Positions 27,250-38,642 of a stretch of 64,000 nt of DNA are shown one piece after another. Position 1 is the first letter of the stretch; the number at the start of each line of letters is the position of its first letter. Under the pieces are notes generated by a model. That model saw only the letters and a list, made by a program, of their open reading frames with translations, ran no database searches and had not been told where the DNA came from. The stretch lies in the IMG/VR virus record IMGVR_UViG_3300030060_007988. One strand, 5' to 3'. Position numbers and translations under genes: made by a program. This DNA is from a virus.

Positions 27250-27553
27250 GACTTGGGGCGAGAATAAGTCTGAATTATTAAAAGATCTATTCACAGACGA
27301 TATATTATTACAAGACTGGGATAATAAAGCAACTGGTATAGATGAAGTATTAGAAGCAAATGCAGCAATATTTGCCGGTGTAACAGATATTAAAGCAGTT
27401 CCTTTAATGATAAGAGTTGTTGATAACATAGCCTATTGTGAACTAGAAGTATTAGTAAAGGCAGAAGGTACTATAAGTAAAATTTTAGTATTGGATATAA
27501 TAACTTTTGATGAGGAAGGAAAAATTAAATCAATAAGAGCATATAAAGGGTAA
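27191..27553 (+). CDS. SnoaL/NTF2-like protein
   Basis: LFTDDILLQDWD...VLDIITFDEEGKIKSIRAY. Confidence 0.75.
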   Translation: MNTFQPTNFSPLTKSQTYFKTWGENKSELLKDLFTDDILLQDWDNKATGIDEVLEANAAIFAGVTDIKAVPLMIRVVDNIAYCELEVLVKAEGTISKILVLDIITFDEEGKIKSIRAYKG

Positions 27554-27555
27554 AC

Positions 27556-28803
27556 ATGAAACACGCAACAATAATTCCTTTAATAGGTGGCATGACACTT
27601 GCAAATAAAAAGATAACTGGTAAAGATCCAGAAGTTATATTATCATACTCACCGTTTAAGGCAAACGATAGTCACATAACTAAATATCTTCCAAAAGTAC
27701 CATATAAAGTATTAGATGATATGGGAGATGATGAAAAAAATATATTAATTGAAAAACTAAAAGGAAAACTTGATTTTGTTTCAACTGTTTGTCCTTGTGC
27801 AGGATTGGCAGGTACAAATACTGCACCTAAAACAAGTAGTAAAGGTCGTGGAGCACATGCAGAACAAAATCAATGGATGTATAAAAGTGCAAAGCTAATT
27901 TTAGAAGATATAAAACCAAAAGTATTTTGGGGAGAAAATGCGCCAGGCCTATTTACTAAAATGGGTGTAGAGGTTGCAGATAATCTTAGAAAAATTGGTG
28001 AAGATGCAGGATATAGCTTTTCAATGATTAAGACAAATACAGAGCTACATGGAATACCTCAGAGAAGAATTAGAACATTTTATTTTTTCTGGGATAGTCC
28101 TTCCCCACCACTCTTTAATTGGGTTAAGAGAGATACTCCAAAACTATTAGACTATCTTGGTGAAATACCAAAAGATGCAACACAATTTGATATGAGAATA
28201 TGGATGGATCCTGTTACTGTTAAATATCCACCATATAAATTTTTATTAGATAAATTAGGTTTGACTCATGAACAAATGGTTAAAAAAGTTGGAAAGGGAA
28301 CTGTATTTAGATATATGCAAGACAATGATTTATTTGATGAGTGCCTAGACTGGCTAAAAGTACACGCACCAAATGATGGTCCTAGTGGAGGAAAACCAGG
28401 AACAAATACTTATATTGATATCATTAATCATATAAAAAATAAATTGGCTGATGGGAAAGGATATTGGGATAGTTCACCGCATTTATTTCACGAATCATTT
28501 AATGCAGTTATTGGAAGAAATATGTTTGATGGTGTACATCCAATTGAAAATAGATATATGAGTGTTAGAGAATATATTCATATGATGGGAATGCCTCATG
28601 ACTTTGAACTTGACAATATTAAAAACATAAATCATATTGCACAAAATGTTCCTGTAGGTACGGCATCAGATATGACCCAACATGTTGTTGATTATATAAA
28701 CGGAAAGTCATCATTATCAGATTCAAAGTTTTTAAAACAAGATAATGTTTCTAGAAAAACTGATGTAATTACAAATGAAAAACAACTTGAACTTTTTTCA
28801 TAA
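27556..28803 (+). CDS. C5-cytosine DNA methyltransferase-like protein with atypical motif I
   Basis: Motif I IPLIGG (normally FxGxGG), IV CPCAG, VI ENAP, VIII PQRRIRTF, X AQNVP; C-terminal QLELFS. Confidence 0.8.
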   Translation: MKHATIIPLIGGMTLANKKITGKDPEVILSYSPFKANDSHITKYLPKVPYKVLDDMGDDEKNILIEKLKGKLDFVSTVCPCAGLAGTNTAPKTSSKGRGAHAEQNQWMYKSAKLILEDIKPKVFWGENAPGLFTKMGVEVADNLRKIGEDAGYSFSMIKTNTELHGIPQRRIRTFYFFWDSPSPPLFNWVKRDTPKLLDYLGEIPKDATQFDMRIWMDPVTVKYPPYKFLLDKLGLTHEQMVKKVGKGTVFRYMQDNDLFDECLDWLKVHAPNDGPSGGKPGTNTYIDIINHIKNKLADGKGYWDSSPHLFHESFNAVIGRNMFDGVHPIENRYMSVREYIHMMGMPHDFELDNIKNINHIAQNVPVGTASDMTQHVVDYINGKSSLSDSKFLKQDNVSRKTDVITNEKQLELFS

Positions 28804-28808
28804 AATAT

Positions 28809-28837
28809 TTTTTTATATCGTGAGAAATGGTTATATT
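28809..28837 (+). promoter_or_regulatory. Promoter motif TTTTTTAT-N13-GTTATATT, copy 6
   Basis: Exact match upstream of the polB unit. Confidence 0.75.
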
Positions 28838-28843
28838 TAATAT

Positions 28844-29071
28844 ATGTCACCGGAAATACAAAAAATAATATATGAAGCAGCCATAAAGGCAGGTGATGAA
28901 CTAAAAGGTAAACTGCCTCCCCACCGCTTTCATCCTAATGGAAGAAACTCATATGCACATGTATTCGAGAGAATAAAAAGTAAAATGGGTAAAAGCTATA
29001 AGGAATGTCAAGACTGGGAGGCAGATAAAATATTGGATTTAATAGAATACTATGTTGAAAATCCATGCTAA
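28844..29071 (+). CDS. Hypothetical protein
   Basis: ORF directly after the promoter; HPNGRNSYAH. Confidence 0.65.
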   Translation: MSPEIQKIIYEAAIKAGDELKGKLPPHRFHPNGRNSYAHVFERIKSKMGKSYKECQDWEADKILDLIEYYVENPC

Positions 29072-29093
29072 CTAATAATAAAATTATTGCTAT

Positions 29094-31580
29094 ATGAAAA
29101 ACAATTTTAAACTATCAAGAATTACAAGTAAATTTGACAAAGGTTATTTTAACATATATCAATTTGGTTATGATGAAAACAATAAATTTGTAACTAAAGT
29201 TGATAAAATAAGAGACTATTTTTACTACTCCGCAAATAACATTGATGATATAATGGAAACACCTAACATGGATTTTGGGGATACACAGTTCTATGATAGC
29301 TTTAATGGTGAAAAAGTAAATAAAGTTTTCTATAATTCCATAAAGATAAAAAATAAAATTGTTAGGGAAAAAGCCCCAAGAACATATCATGGAGATGTAA
29401 GTCCAGAGTTTAAACATATACTCGATAAAGGTTTAGAATGGACTAATAATAGACATATTATTTATTATGATATTGAGACATGGGTAGACTTAGAAAATCC
29501 AACAGACAATAAACCAGAAAATGCCAAACAACCAGTAACATCAATACAGTGTTATTCAACCGATAAGAAACAATACTTTGTATTTGCATGGCACCCAGAA
29601 AAAACAAAAGACCTATCTGAGCCTTCAATGAAAACTGAAGGAAACACAACTTATGTAATGTGTAAAGATGAAGAAGATGTAATTATGGGATTCATAAATT
29701 TACTATCAATTAGTCATTGCGATATTTTAACGGGGTGGTACTGTTCAGGTTATGATATGCCATATATTATTAATAGATGTAAAAAACTAGGACTACCTTA
29801 TGAAGAGATATCTCCAATAAAAGATGTATTTATGAAAAGGCGTGGTGAATATTGGAGAATCAACATACGAGGACTAGATCATGTTGATATGATGGAGGCT
29901 TTACAAGATATGGGTTACAATCTTCCTAATTGGAAATTGGCAACGGCATCGAAGGAAATACTTGGTACAGGTGAAATGGAAAAGTTAACAGAAGTCACTT
30001 GGAGGGATTGGATTGATAACTTTGACGGATTTATTAAGTATGGTATACGTGATGTACAAATACTGAAAGAAATTTCTGAAAAGATACAGATGTTTGAATT
30101 ATACACAACATTACAGCAAATTAGTAATATAGAAATATTAACACATGCATTTTTTAAATCAGTTGTAGTTGATAACTATATACTTAAAGAATTTCATGGC
30201 CAACTTGCGTTTCCAACTAGAAGAACAGGAAAAAGACAAAATTATGCCGGAGCAATAGTGTTCAATCCAACAGAACCCGGCCGCCATAAAGATGTAACTG
30301 TAATGGACTATACTTCACTATATCCTACAAGCATTATGGCATTTAACATTAGTCCAGAAACATTTATATGTTCTAAGCAACAATGTGATTCTGCAGGATT
30401 TAAAATAGATGAAGTCATTGATAAATTAAAATCAGAAAATACTCCTTACATAGATACTGGGGAAGATAGTACTTTATTTGGTGATAGGTATCTTTTTTAT
30501 GGCCATGATGAAAAGGAAGGACTATTACCTTATGTATTAAGAAAGCTTTTTCTAAAAAGAGTTGAAATAAATAAAAACTTATCGGAAGGTAAATATAAAG
30601 GCGATGAAAAAATTGCAATGGAAAAAAGGCAATGGACCTATAAGATTATCCTAAACAGTGCTTATGGTGCAATGGGATTCCCATTCTTTAGATTATACAA
30701 ACCTGAATGTGCAGATGCAATTACATACTTTGCAAGACAGGCATTAAAGTTTGCAACCGTTAAGTTTAATAGTGATCATAAAGTTTTATATGGTGATACT
30801 GATAGTATATTTGTAAAGTCAAATGGAAAGTCTGAAAATGAAATGAAAGGTGCATTGGTTGAATTTAATCATCAATTAAGAAATGAATTCATAGCAAAAT
30901 ACAATACAGGACTACCAGATGAATATATGTTAATGGACCTTAAGTTTGAATATGATTTAGAGTACATATATTTTGGAAACTCAAAAAAGAGATACTATGG
31001 AATAGTAAGGGATACAGGTAAAAAGTATATTAGAGGTATGAATATTATTCGTAAAGATGCACCAACATTTTTAAAAAAGGCATTAAATGTTGTAACTGAA
31101 ATGGCTGTAAGAGACAAACTAACATTGGATCATTTAGTAAAGTTAAGACAGAAAATAACAACTATTGACTATAAGGATATTGGAATATCAAAAAAGTTTA
31201 CCAAAAAGTTTAATCAGTATACAAAAAATAAGCCTCAACATATAAAGGCATCAATGTGGGCCAATGATAAACTAGGAACATCAATTACACATACAGATAC
31301 TCCATATCTATTTTATATAAAAAGTAAATGTGAAGATGATCTTAAACCTAAAGAAAGACAAACTGCAATATGTTTAAACGAAGAAGATTTGCATCTAATA
31401 GATAAGCATAATGAAATATTTGAAATTGATTATGATACATACTATAAGAAGCAAGTAACTGAACAATTGAAAGAATTTAACTTAATACCAAACGTAAAAA
31501 AATTACTAGAAAATGAAAAAAATAACAATGAATTTAATATTTATTCTGGTAAAGAGGTTACAGGATCACATATAAATTAG
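29094..31580 (+). CDS. polB: Family-B DNA polymerase with 3'-5' exonuclease
   Basis: DIET, YDMPY, YGIRD; DYTSLYP, KIILNSAYG, YGDTDS, KKRY. Confidence 0.96.
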   Translation: MKNNFKLSRITSKFDKGYFNIYQFGYDENNKFVTKVDKIRDYFYYSANNIDDIMETPNMDFGDTQFYDSFNGEKVNKVFYNSIKIKNKIVREKAPRTYHGDVSPEFKHILDKGLEWTNNRHIIYYDIETWVDLENPTDNKPENAKQPVTSIQCYSTDKKQYFVFAWHPEKTKDLSEPSMKTEGNTTYVMCKDEEDVIMGFINLLSISHCDILTGWYCSGYDMPYIINRCKKLGLPYEEISPIKDVFMKRRGEYWRINIRGLDHVDMMEALQDMGYNLPNWKLATASKEILGTGEMEKLTEVTWRDWIDNFDGFIKYGIRDVQILKEISEKIQMFELYTTLQQISNIEILTHAFFKSVVVDNYILKEFHGQLAFPTRRTGKRQNYAGAIVFNPTEPGRHKDVTVMDYTSLYPTSIMAFNISPETFICSKQQCDSAGFKIDEVIDKLKSENTPYIDTGEDSTLFGDRYLFYGHDEKEGLLPYVLRKLFLKRVEINKNLSEGKYKGDEKIAMEKRQWTYKIILNSAYGAMGFPFFRLYKPECADAITYFARQALKFATVKFNSDHKVLYGDTDSIFVKSNGKSENEMKGALVEFNHQLRNEFIAKYNTGLPDEYMLMDLKFEYDLEYIYFGNSKKRYYGIVRDTGKKYIRGMNIIRKDAPTFLKKALNVVTEMAVRDKLTLDHLVKLRQKITTIDYKDIGISKKFTKKFNQYTKNKPQHIKASMWANDKLGTSITHTDTPYLFYIKSKCEDDLKPKERQTAICLNEEDLHLIDKHNEIFEIDYDTYYKKQVTEQLKEFNLIPNVKKLLENEKNNNEFNIYSGKEVTGSHIN

Positions 31581-31582
31581 TT

Positions 31583-31879
31583 ATGAAAAATTACTATCAA
31601 CAATATTTAGACAATCATTCAAATCCAAAATGTAGACTATTACATTTTATTGGACAATGGTTTACAATATTTTTTACAATTGGTGTAATTTATTTTCAGT
31701 ACTGGTTATTGGTGCCTTTTATTCCTTTAGTAGTATATCCTTTTGCAATAAGTGGCCATTACTTTTTTGGCAATAAAGGTGAAAAACCATCATTTACTAA
31801 AATGGGATTTTTACAAGCAAAGCTATCCGATTGGAAAATGTTTTTTGATATACTAAGAGGAAAGATAACAATATGGTAA
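31583..31879 (+). CDS. DUF962/Mpo1-like membrane protein
   Basis: YL..HS...CRLLHFIG...GHYFF...KP. Confidence 0.75.
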   Translation: MKNYYQQYLDNHSNPKCRLLHFIGQWFTIFFTIGVIYFQYWLLVPFIPLVVYPFAISGHYFFGNKGEKPSFTKMGFLQAKLSDWKMFFDILRGKITIW

Positions 31880-31899
31880 AATTAATCTAGGAGATAAAA

Positions 31900-33840
<1,941 letters not shown>

Positions 33841-33841
<1 letters not shown>

Positions 33842-34092
33842 TGAATATGAATAAAAATCAAGGGTTAAATCTAAATATAAATCCAAATGAATTGGATGAT
33901 GTTGTTTGTGATAGTTGTGGAAACTCTACATTTATACAGGCAGTACTACTAAAAAGAATTCCAGCATCACTATCGCCAAATGGAAAAAAGACTTTTTTAC
34001 CAATGCCTATATTTGAATGTAGTGAATGTGGAAATGTAAATGATGAATTAATACCTAAAGTAAAAGGAAGTGATGACGAAATTATCAAATAA
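33841..34092 (+). CDS. Zn-ribbon protein
   Basis: CDSCG...CSECG. Confidence 0.7.
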
Positions 34093-34279
34093 GGTAAAAC
34101 ATCCGAACCACTATAATCAAGGAATTGAAATGTGGGACTATGCAATGTCTCATAATCTTGATTTTATGGAAGGTAATATTGTAAAATATGTTACCAGGTG
34201 GCGTCATAAAAATGGAATTGAAGACCTACTCAAAGCCAAACAATACCTTGATAAGCTTGTAGAAAAAAACACTAAATAA
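34073..34279 (+). CDS. DUF3310 protein (T7 gp1.7-related)
   Basis: HPNHY...GNIVKYVTRWRHKNGIEDLLKAKQYL. Confidence 0.85.
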   Translation: MTKLSNKVKHPNHYNQGIEMWDYAMSHNLDFMEGNIVKYVTRWRHKNGIEDLLKAKQYLDKLVEKNTK

Positions 34280-34280
34280 T

Positions 34281-34309
34281 TTTTTTATCCCAATAGAAAT
34301 GGTTATATT
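34281..34309 (+). promoter_or_regulatory. Promoter motif TTTTTTAT-N13-GTTATATT, copy 7
   Basis: Exact match. Confidence 0.75.
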
Positions 34310-34314
34310 TAGTT

Positions 34315-35241
34315 ATGCAACTTAAAACACCTAGAGATTTAGCAATAAAGGCAAGAATGATGGGTAAGAAAACAATTTCTTACAGCCAATTCAATATGTA
34401 TAAAACTTGCCCCCATCAATGGAAACTAAATTATATAGATAAACATAGGGACTTTGAACCTTCTATATATCTAACATTTGGTACCTCCATGCATGAAGTT
34501 ATTCAGCATTATTTAGATGTTATGTACAATGACTCAATAAAGGCAGCTGATAATATTGATCTTCATAAAATGCTTAAAGAAAGAATGGCACATAATTACA
34601 AGGAGACTTGCAATGACTTTGGAGAACACTTTTCTAGTAAGGATGAAATGATGGAGTTTTACTGGGATGGCGTTGAGATTATAGATTATCTAAAAAGAAA
34701 GCGTGGTGGATACTTTAGTAAAAAAAATTGTGAGTTGGTTGGAATTGAAATGCCCATTTTCCATGAAATAGAATCCAATCCAAATATTATGATGACAGGA
34801 TTTATTGATCTTGTTATTAAAGAACATGATAAGATAAAAATAATAGATATAAAAACCAGTACTATGGGGTGGAAACCTGCACAGAAAAAACAAAATGGTG
34901 ACCAACTTAGAATCTATAAAGAATATTTTGCAAAACAATATTATGTTGATGTTAAAGATATAGAAGTTGAATATTTTATTGTTAAAAGAAAATTATATGA
35001 AAATTTAGATTTTCCCCAAAGAAGAATACAACAATATAAGCCTGCTGCCGGTAAACCAAGTTTATCAAAGGTAAATAAAAATTTAAATAAATTTATTAAG
35101 GAAGCATTTACAGCTGATGGAAAACATAACAAGGACGGTATATACCCAGCAATAAAGGGTGAAAAGAATAAAAATTGTAGATGGTGTCCATTTAAAACTA
35201 ATTATGAATTATGTCCTAAGGAAAATAGAGTATTGGTATGA
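34315..35241 (+). CDS. PD-(D/E)XK nuclease, Cas4/RecB-like with a 4-Cys staple
   Basis: SYSQ...CP, FGTSMHE, GFIDLV, IIDIKT, QLRIY, CRWCPF...C. Confidence 0.88.
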   Translation: MQLKTPRDLAIKARMMGKKTISYSQFNMYKTCPHQWKLNYIDKHRDFEPSIYLTFGTSMHEVIQHYLDVMYNDSIKAADNIDLHKMLKERMAHNYKETCNDFGEHFSSKDEMMEFYWDGVEIIDYLKRKRGGYFSKKNCELVGIEMPIFHEIESNPNIMMTGFIDLVIKEHDKIKIIDIKTSTMGWKPAQKKQNGDQLRIYKEYFAKQYYVDVKDIEVEYFIVKRKLYENLDFPQRRIQQYKPAAGKPSLSKVNKNLNKFIKEAFTADGKHNKDGIYPAIKGEKNKNCRWCPFKTNYELCPKENRVLV

Positions 35242-35636
35242 AGATTGGAGTTATAGGAAATTCAAGATATGAAAACAAAAGACGAATAAAAAAAGTCATA
35301 TTTGATCTTAAGAATAGGTTTGGTGATAAATTAATTGTTGCAACACTAGGAAACAGGAATGGTGCAGAAAAATATGTAAAGAAATATGTACTAGAAATGG
35401 GAATGCAATATAAAGAATTTAATCCTGCGCATACGCAAAAAACTTTATACAGTGCAATGAATGAATCATACTACAATAAACCATATCGTCCTAGAAATTT
35501 TTTTCATAGAAATACAATGTTAGTAAAATATATTGACTACATAATTGCATTTATTGATAATGCACCAGAAACTGGGATTGATGATATTTTAAAAAATGCA
35601 AAAAAATTTGAAAAAAAAGTAATGGTAATTGAATAA
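35238..35636 (+). CDS. SLOG/YspA-like nucleotide-binding protein
   Basis: KIGVIG..R, GAE, RN..LV...DYIIAF. Confidence 0.55.
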   Translation: MKIGVIGNSRYENKRRIKKVIFDLKNRFGDKLIVATLGNRNGAEKYVKKYVLEMGMQYKEFNPAHTQKTLYSAMNESYYNKPYRPRNFFHRNTMLVKYIDYIIAFIDNAPETGIDDILKNAKKFEKKVMVIE

Positions 35637-35693
35637 TATTTGTTTCATTTATATATTTATATTCAAATATATAGATATACAAGGATATGAATT

Positions 35694-35882
35694 ATGAAAA
35701 ATGGATTGATGAAATTAACTTCTGTAAAAATCAAAAATGATTTACATCGTAAGTTTAAAATTAAATGTATTGAGGATGATATAACAATTCAAAAAATACT
35801 AAACAGGTCTATACATTTATACTTAAATAATCGTGATTTTAAGCAAAAAATATTAGAAACAACAATTGGAAACAATTTATAG
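35694..35882 (+). CDS. Small ribbon-helix-helix-like protein
   Basis: LTSVKI...LHRKFKIKC......QKILNRSIHLY. Confidence 0.6.
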   Translation: MKNGLMKLTSVKIKNDLHRKFKIKCIEDDITIQKILNRSIHLYLNNRDFKQKILETTIGNNL

Positions 35883-35899
35883 ATTAAGGAATAAAGGTT

Positions 35900-37360
35900 A
35901 TGGATATAAAATTACCAAAATTAAAAAAGATTAATCTCAACAAAGTAAAAAAGAAAAAGATACTTTTAATGTCAGATGACATGAGGGTACATAGCGGTAT
36001 AGGAACAATGTCAAAAGAATGTGTAATTGGTACTGTACATAAATATGACTGGGTACAATTGGCAGGTGCAATAAAACATCCAGAGGAAGGAAAGGTTATT
36101 GATATGTCAGCTGATGTTGCAAAACTATCAGGAGTTGATGATGCATCAGTTAAACTATACCCAATAACAGGATATGGAAGTTCCGATATGTTACGCCAAA
36201 TAATTGATCTTGAAAAACCAGATGCAATACTACATTTTACAGATCCAAGATTTTGGGGATGGTTATATAATATGGAACATGAAGTAAGACAACAAATTCC
36301 AATAATGTATTACAACATCTGGGATGATCTTCCATACCCACATTGGAATGAGAATTTTTATGAATCATGCGATTTACTTATGGCAATATCAAAACAAACA
36401 TATAACATTAATGCAAATGTTTGTCAAAGAAAGCCTAGGACAGATTGGGACTTAACATATGTACCTCATGGAATAGATGAAAAATCGTACTTTCCAATAA
36501 CTCAAGATCATAAAAATTATGAAGATTATATAAAATTTAAAAATCATTCACTCAATAATAAGGAATATGATTTTGTTTTAATGTACAATAGTAGAAACAT
36601 TAGAAGAAAAAGTACCTCAGATTTAATGTTAGCATTTAGATTATTTTGTGATAGCATTCCTAAAGAAAAGGCAGATAAATGTGTAATTATACTACACACG
36701 GATCCTGTTGATGATGCAGGTACTGATTTACCAGCTGTATCTAAAAACATAATGAATGGGCACAATGTTATATTTTCAAATAAAAAACTTGATAGCAAGC
36801 ACTTAAACTATTTATATAATATGGCAGATCTAGGATGTAATATTAGTTCAGCCGAAGGGTTTGGATTAAGCTGTATGGAATCAATAATGTCAGGAACTCC
36901 AGTGTTAGTCAACTGCATAGGAGGTTTACAGGACCAACTAGGACTAACAAAGGACGATGGTACACCTGTTACATTAGAAGATTATAACACTAAGTGGCCA
37001 AGTAATAGTGATGGAAAATATAAAAATCATGGCGAATGGTCGTATGTTGTATGGCCTCAACATAATCTTCAAGGTTCTCCAATGACACCATACATTTATG
37101 ATTCAAATTGTAACATTAGAGATGTGGCATTACAAATAAAAAAGGCATATGAAAATAGAGATAAGTTAAAAAAGCAAGGTTTAGTTGGTAGGGAATGGGC
37201 AATTGAGAATGGATTCACTGCAAAAGGAATGTGTGATTCAATGATTAAATCTATTGAAGGTTGCTTTGAAAATTGGAAACCTAGAAAAAGATTTACATTA
37301 ATTGATACTAATGAACCTAAACCGATATACCCAGATGGTATAATATTGGAGGAGATATAA
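35900..37360 (+). CDS. Glycosyltransferase (GT4-like)
   Basis: YVPHGID, RNIRRK, EGFGLSCMESI..GTP. Confidence 0.88.
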   Translation: MDIKLPKLKKINLNKVKKKKILLMSDDMRVHSGIGTMSKECVIGTVHKYDWVQLAGAIKHPEEGKVIDMSADVAKLSGVDDASVKLYPITGYGSSDMLRQIIDLEKPDAILHFTDPRFWGWLYNMEHEVRQQIPIMYYNIWDDLPYPHWNENFYESCDLLMAISKQTYNINANVCQRKPRTDWDLTYVPHGIDEKSYFPITQDHKNYEDYIKFKNHSLNNKEYDFVLMYNSRNIRRKSTSDLMLAFRLFCDSIPKEKADKCVIILHTDPVDDAGTDLPAVSKNIMNGHNVIFSNKKLDSKHLNYLYNMADLGCNISSAEGFGLSCMESIMSGTPVLVNCIGGLQDQLGLTKDDGTPVTLEDYNTKWPSNSDGKYKNHGEWSYVVWPQHNLQGSPMTPYIYDSNCNIRDVALQIKKAYENRDKLKKQGLVGREWAIENGFTAKGMCDSMIKSIEGCFENWKPRKRFTLIDTNEPKPIYPDGIILEEI

Positions 37361-37363
37361 GTT

Positions 37364-38641
37364 ATGAATAAACCACTTTTAATTATGAGTGCACCAGTTG
37401 CAACCAGGTCAGGGTATGGGGATCACTCAAGGGATTTATTAAGAAGCTTAATTGCAATGGATAAATATGATATAAAGGTTATGAGCCAAAGATGGGGTGA
37501 CTGTCCATTAAATGCACTTAATGATAAAGAAGATCAAGATATAATATCCAGACTATGGTTTGGAAATCAGCTTCCTAAACAACCTGATATATGGATTCAG
37601 GTAACAGTACCTAATGAGTTTCAACCAGTTGGTAAATATAATATTGGTGTTACAGCAGGTATTGAAACAACTCATATATCCCACCAATGGATAGAAGGTT
37701 TAAATAGAATGGACTTAAACATAGTTCCATCTGTGCATTCACGAAATAGTATTCTCAATTCAGTATATGATAAAATGGATGAAAAGACTAAACAGAAAGT
37801 TGGTGAACTTAAATGTGAAAAACCAATTGAAGTTTTATTTGAAGGCCTTGATACTAATGTATTTAAAAAAGTATCTGATGCACCATTATCATTTGTAAAC
37901 GAAATGAAAAATATAAAAGAAGAATTTTGTTTTCTATTCGTTGGTCACTGGCTAAAAGGTGATTATGGTCATGATAGAAAAGATGTTGCTGGTATGATAA
38001 AAACATTCTGTGAAACTTTTAAAGGTCATAAAACTCCAAAGCCTGCACTAATACTAAAATCAAGTCATGCAACGTTTAGTGTAATAGACAGGGAACAAAC
38101 AATAAACAAAATAAATGAGATTAAACAAATGATTGGTGGATCTTTACCAAGTATATATGTACTACATGGTGATATGACTCAAGAAGAAATGAATGCATTA
38201 TATAACCATCCAAAGGTTAAGGCTCATATTAGTTTTACTCATGGTGAAGGATTTGGTAGGCCACTATTAGAAGCAAGTTCTACTCAAAAGCCTGTCATTG
38301 CAAGTAATTGGTCAGGACATATAGATTTTTTAAAACATTCAGTATTACTTCCAGGCCAATTGAATAATGTACATAAATCAGCTGCTTGGAAAGATGTTAT
38401 ATTGAAAGAATCAAAATGGTATTATGTTGATCATGCATATGCAAAAAAAGTTCTAAAAGCAGTATACAAAAAATATAAAAAGTTTTTACCTGCAGCTAGA
38501 ATACAGGCCAAGTATACAAGAGACAACTTTAGTTTAGATAAAATGACAAAGGATTTTCAAAGTATATTGGAGTCATCAGTACCAGCTGTACCGGAACAAG
38601 TTAAATTAACCTTACCTAAATTGAAAAAAGTGGGAGTATAA
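37364..38641 (+). CDS. Glycosyltransferase (GT4-like)
   Basis: SGYG, FLFVGHW, RKD, GEGFGRPLLEA. Confidence 0.88.
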   Translation: MNKPLLIMSAPVATRSGYGDHSRDLLRSLIAMDKYDIKVMSQRWGDCPLNALNDKEDQDIISRLWFGNQLPKQPDIWIQVTVPNEFQPVGKYNIGVTAGIETTHISHQWIEGLNRMDLNIVPSVHSRNSILNSVYDKMDEKTKQKVGELKCEKPIEVLFEGLDTNVFKKVSDAPLSFVNEMKNIKEEFCFLFVGHWLKGDYGHDRKDVAGMIKTFCETFKGHKTPKPALILKSSHATFSVIDREQTINKINEIKQMIGGSLPSIYVLHGDMTQEEMNALYNHPKVKAHISFTHGEGFGRPLLEASSTQKPVIASNWSGHIDFLKHSVLLPGQLNNVHKSAAWKDVILKESKWYYVDHAYAKKVLKAVYKKYKKFLPAARIQAKYTRDNFSLDKMTKDFQSILESSVPAVPEQVKLTLPKLKKVGV

Positions 38642-38642
38642 A

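Noticed and set aside
34315-35241. CRISPR-Cas system suggested by the Cas4-like nuclease
   Set aside because: No repeat-spacer array or other cas genes seen; solo Cas4-like nucleases are common in phages.
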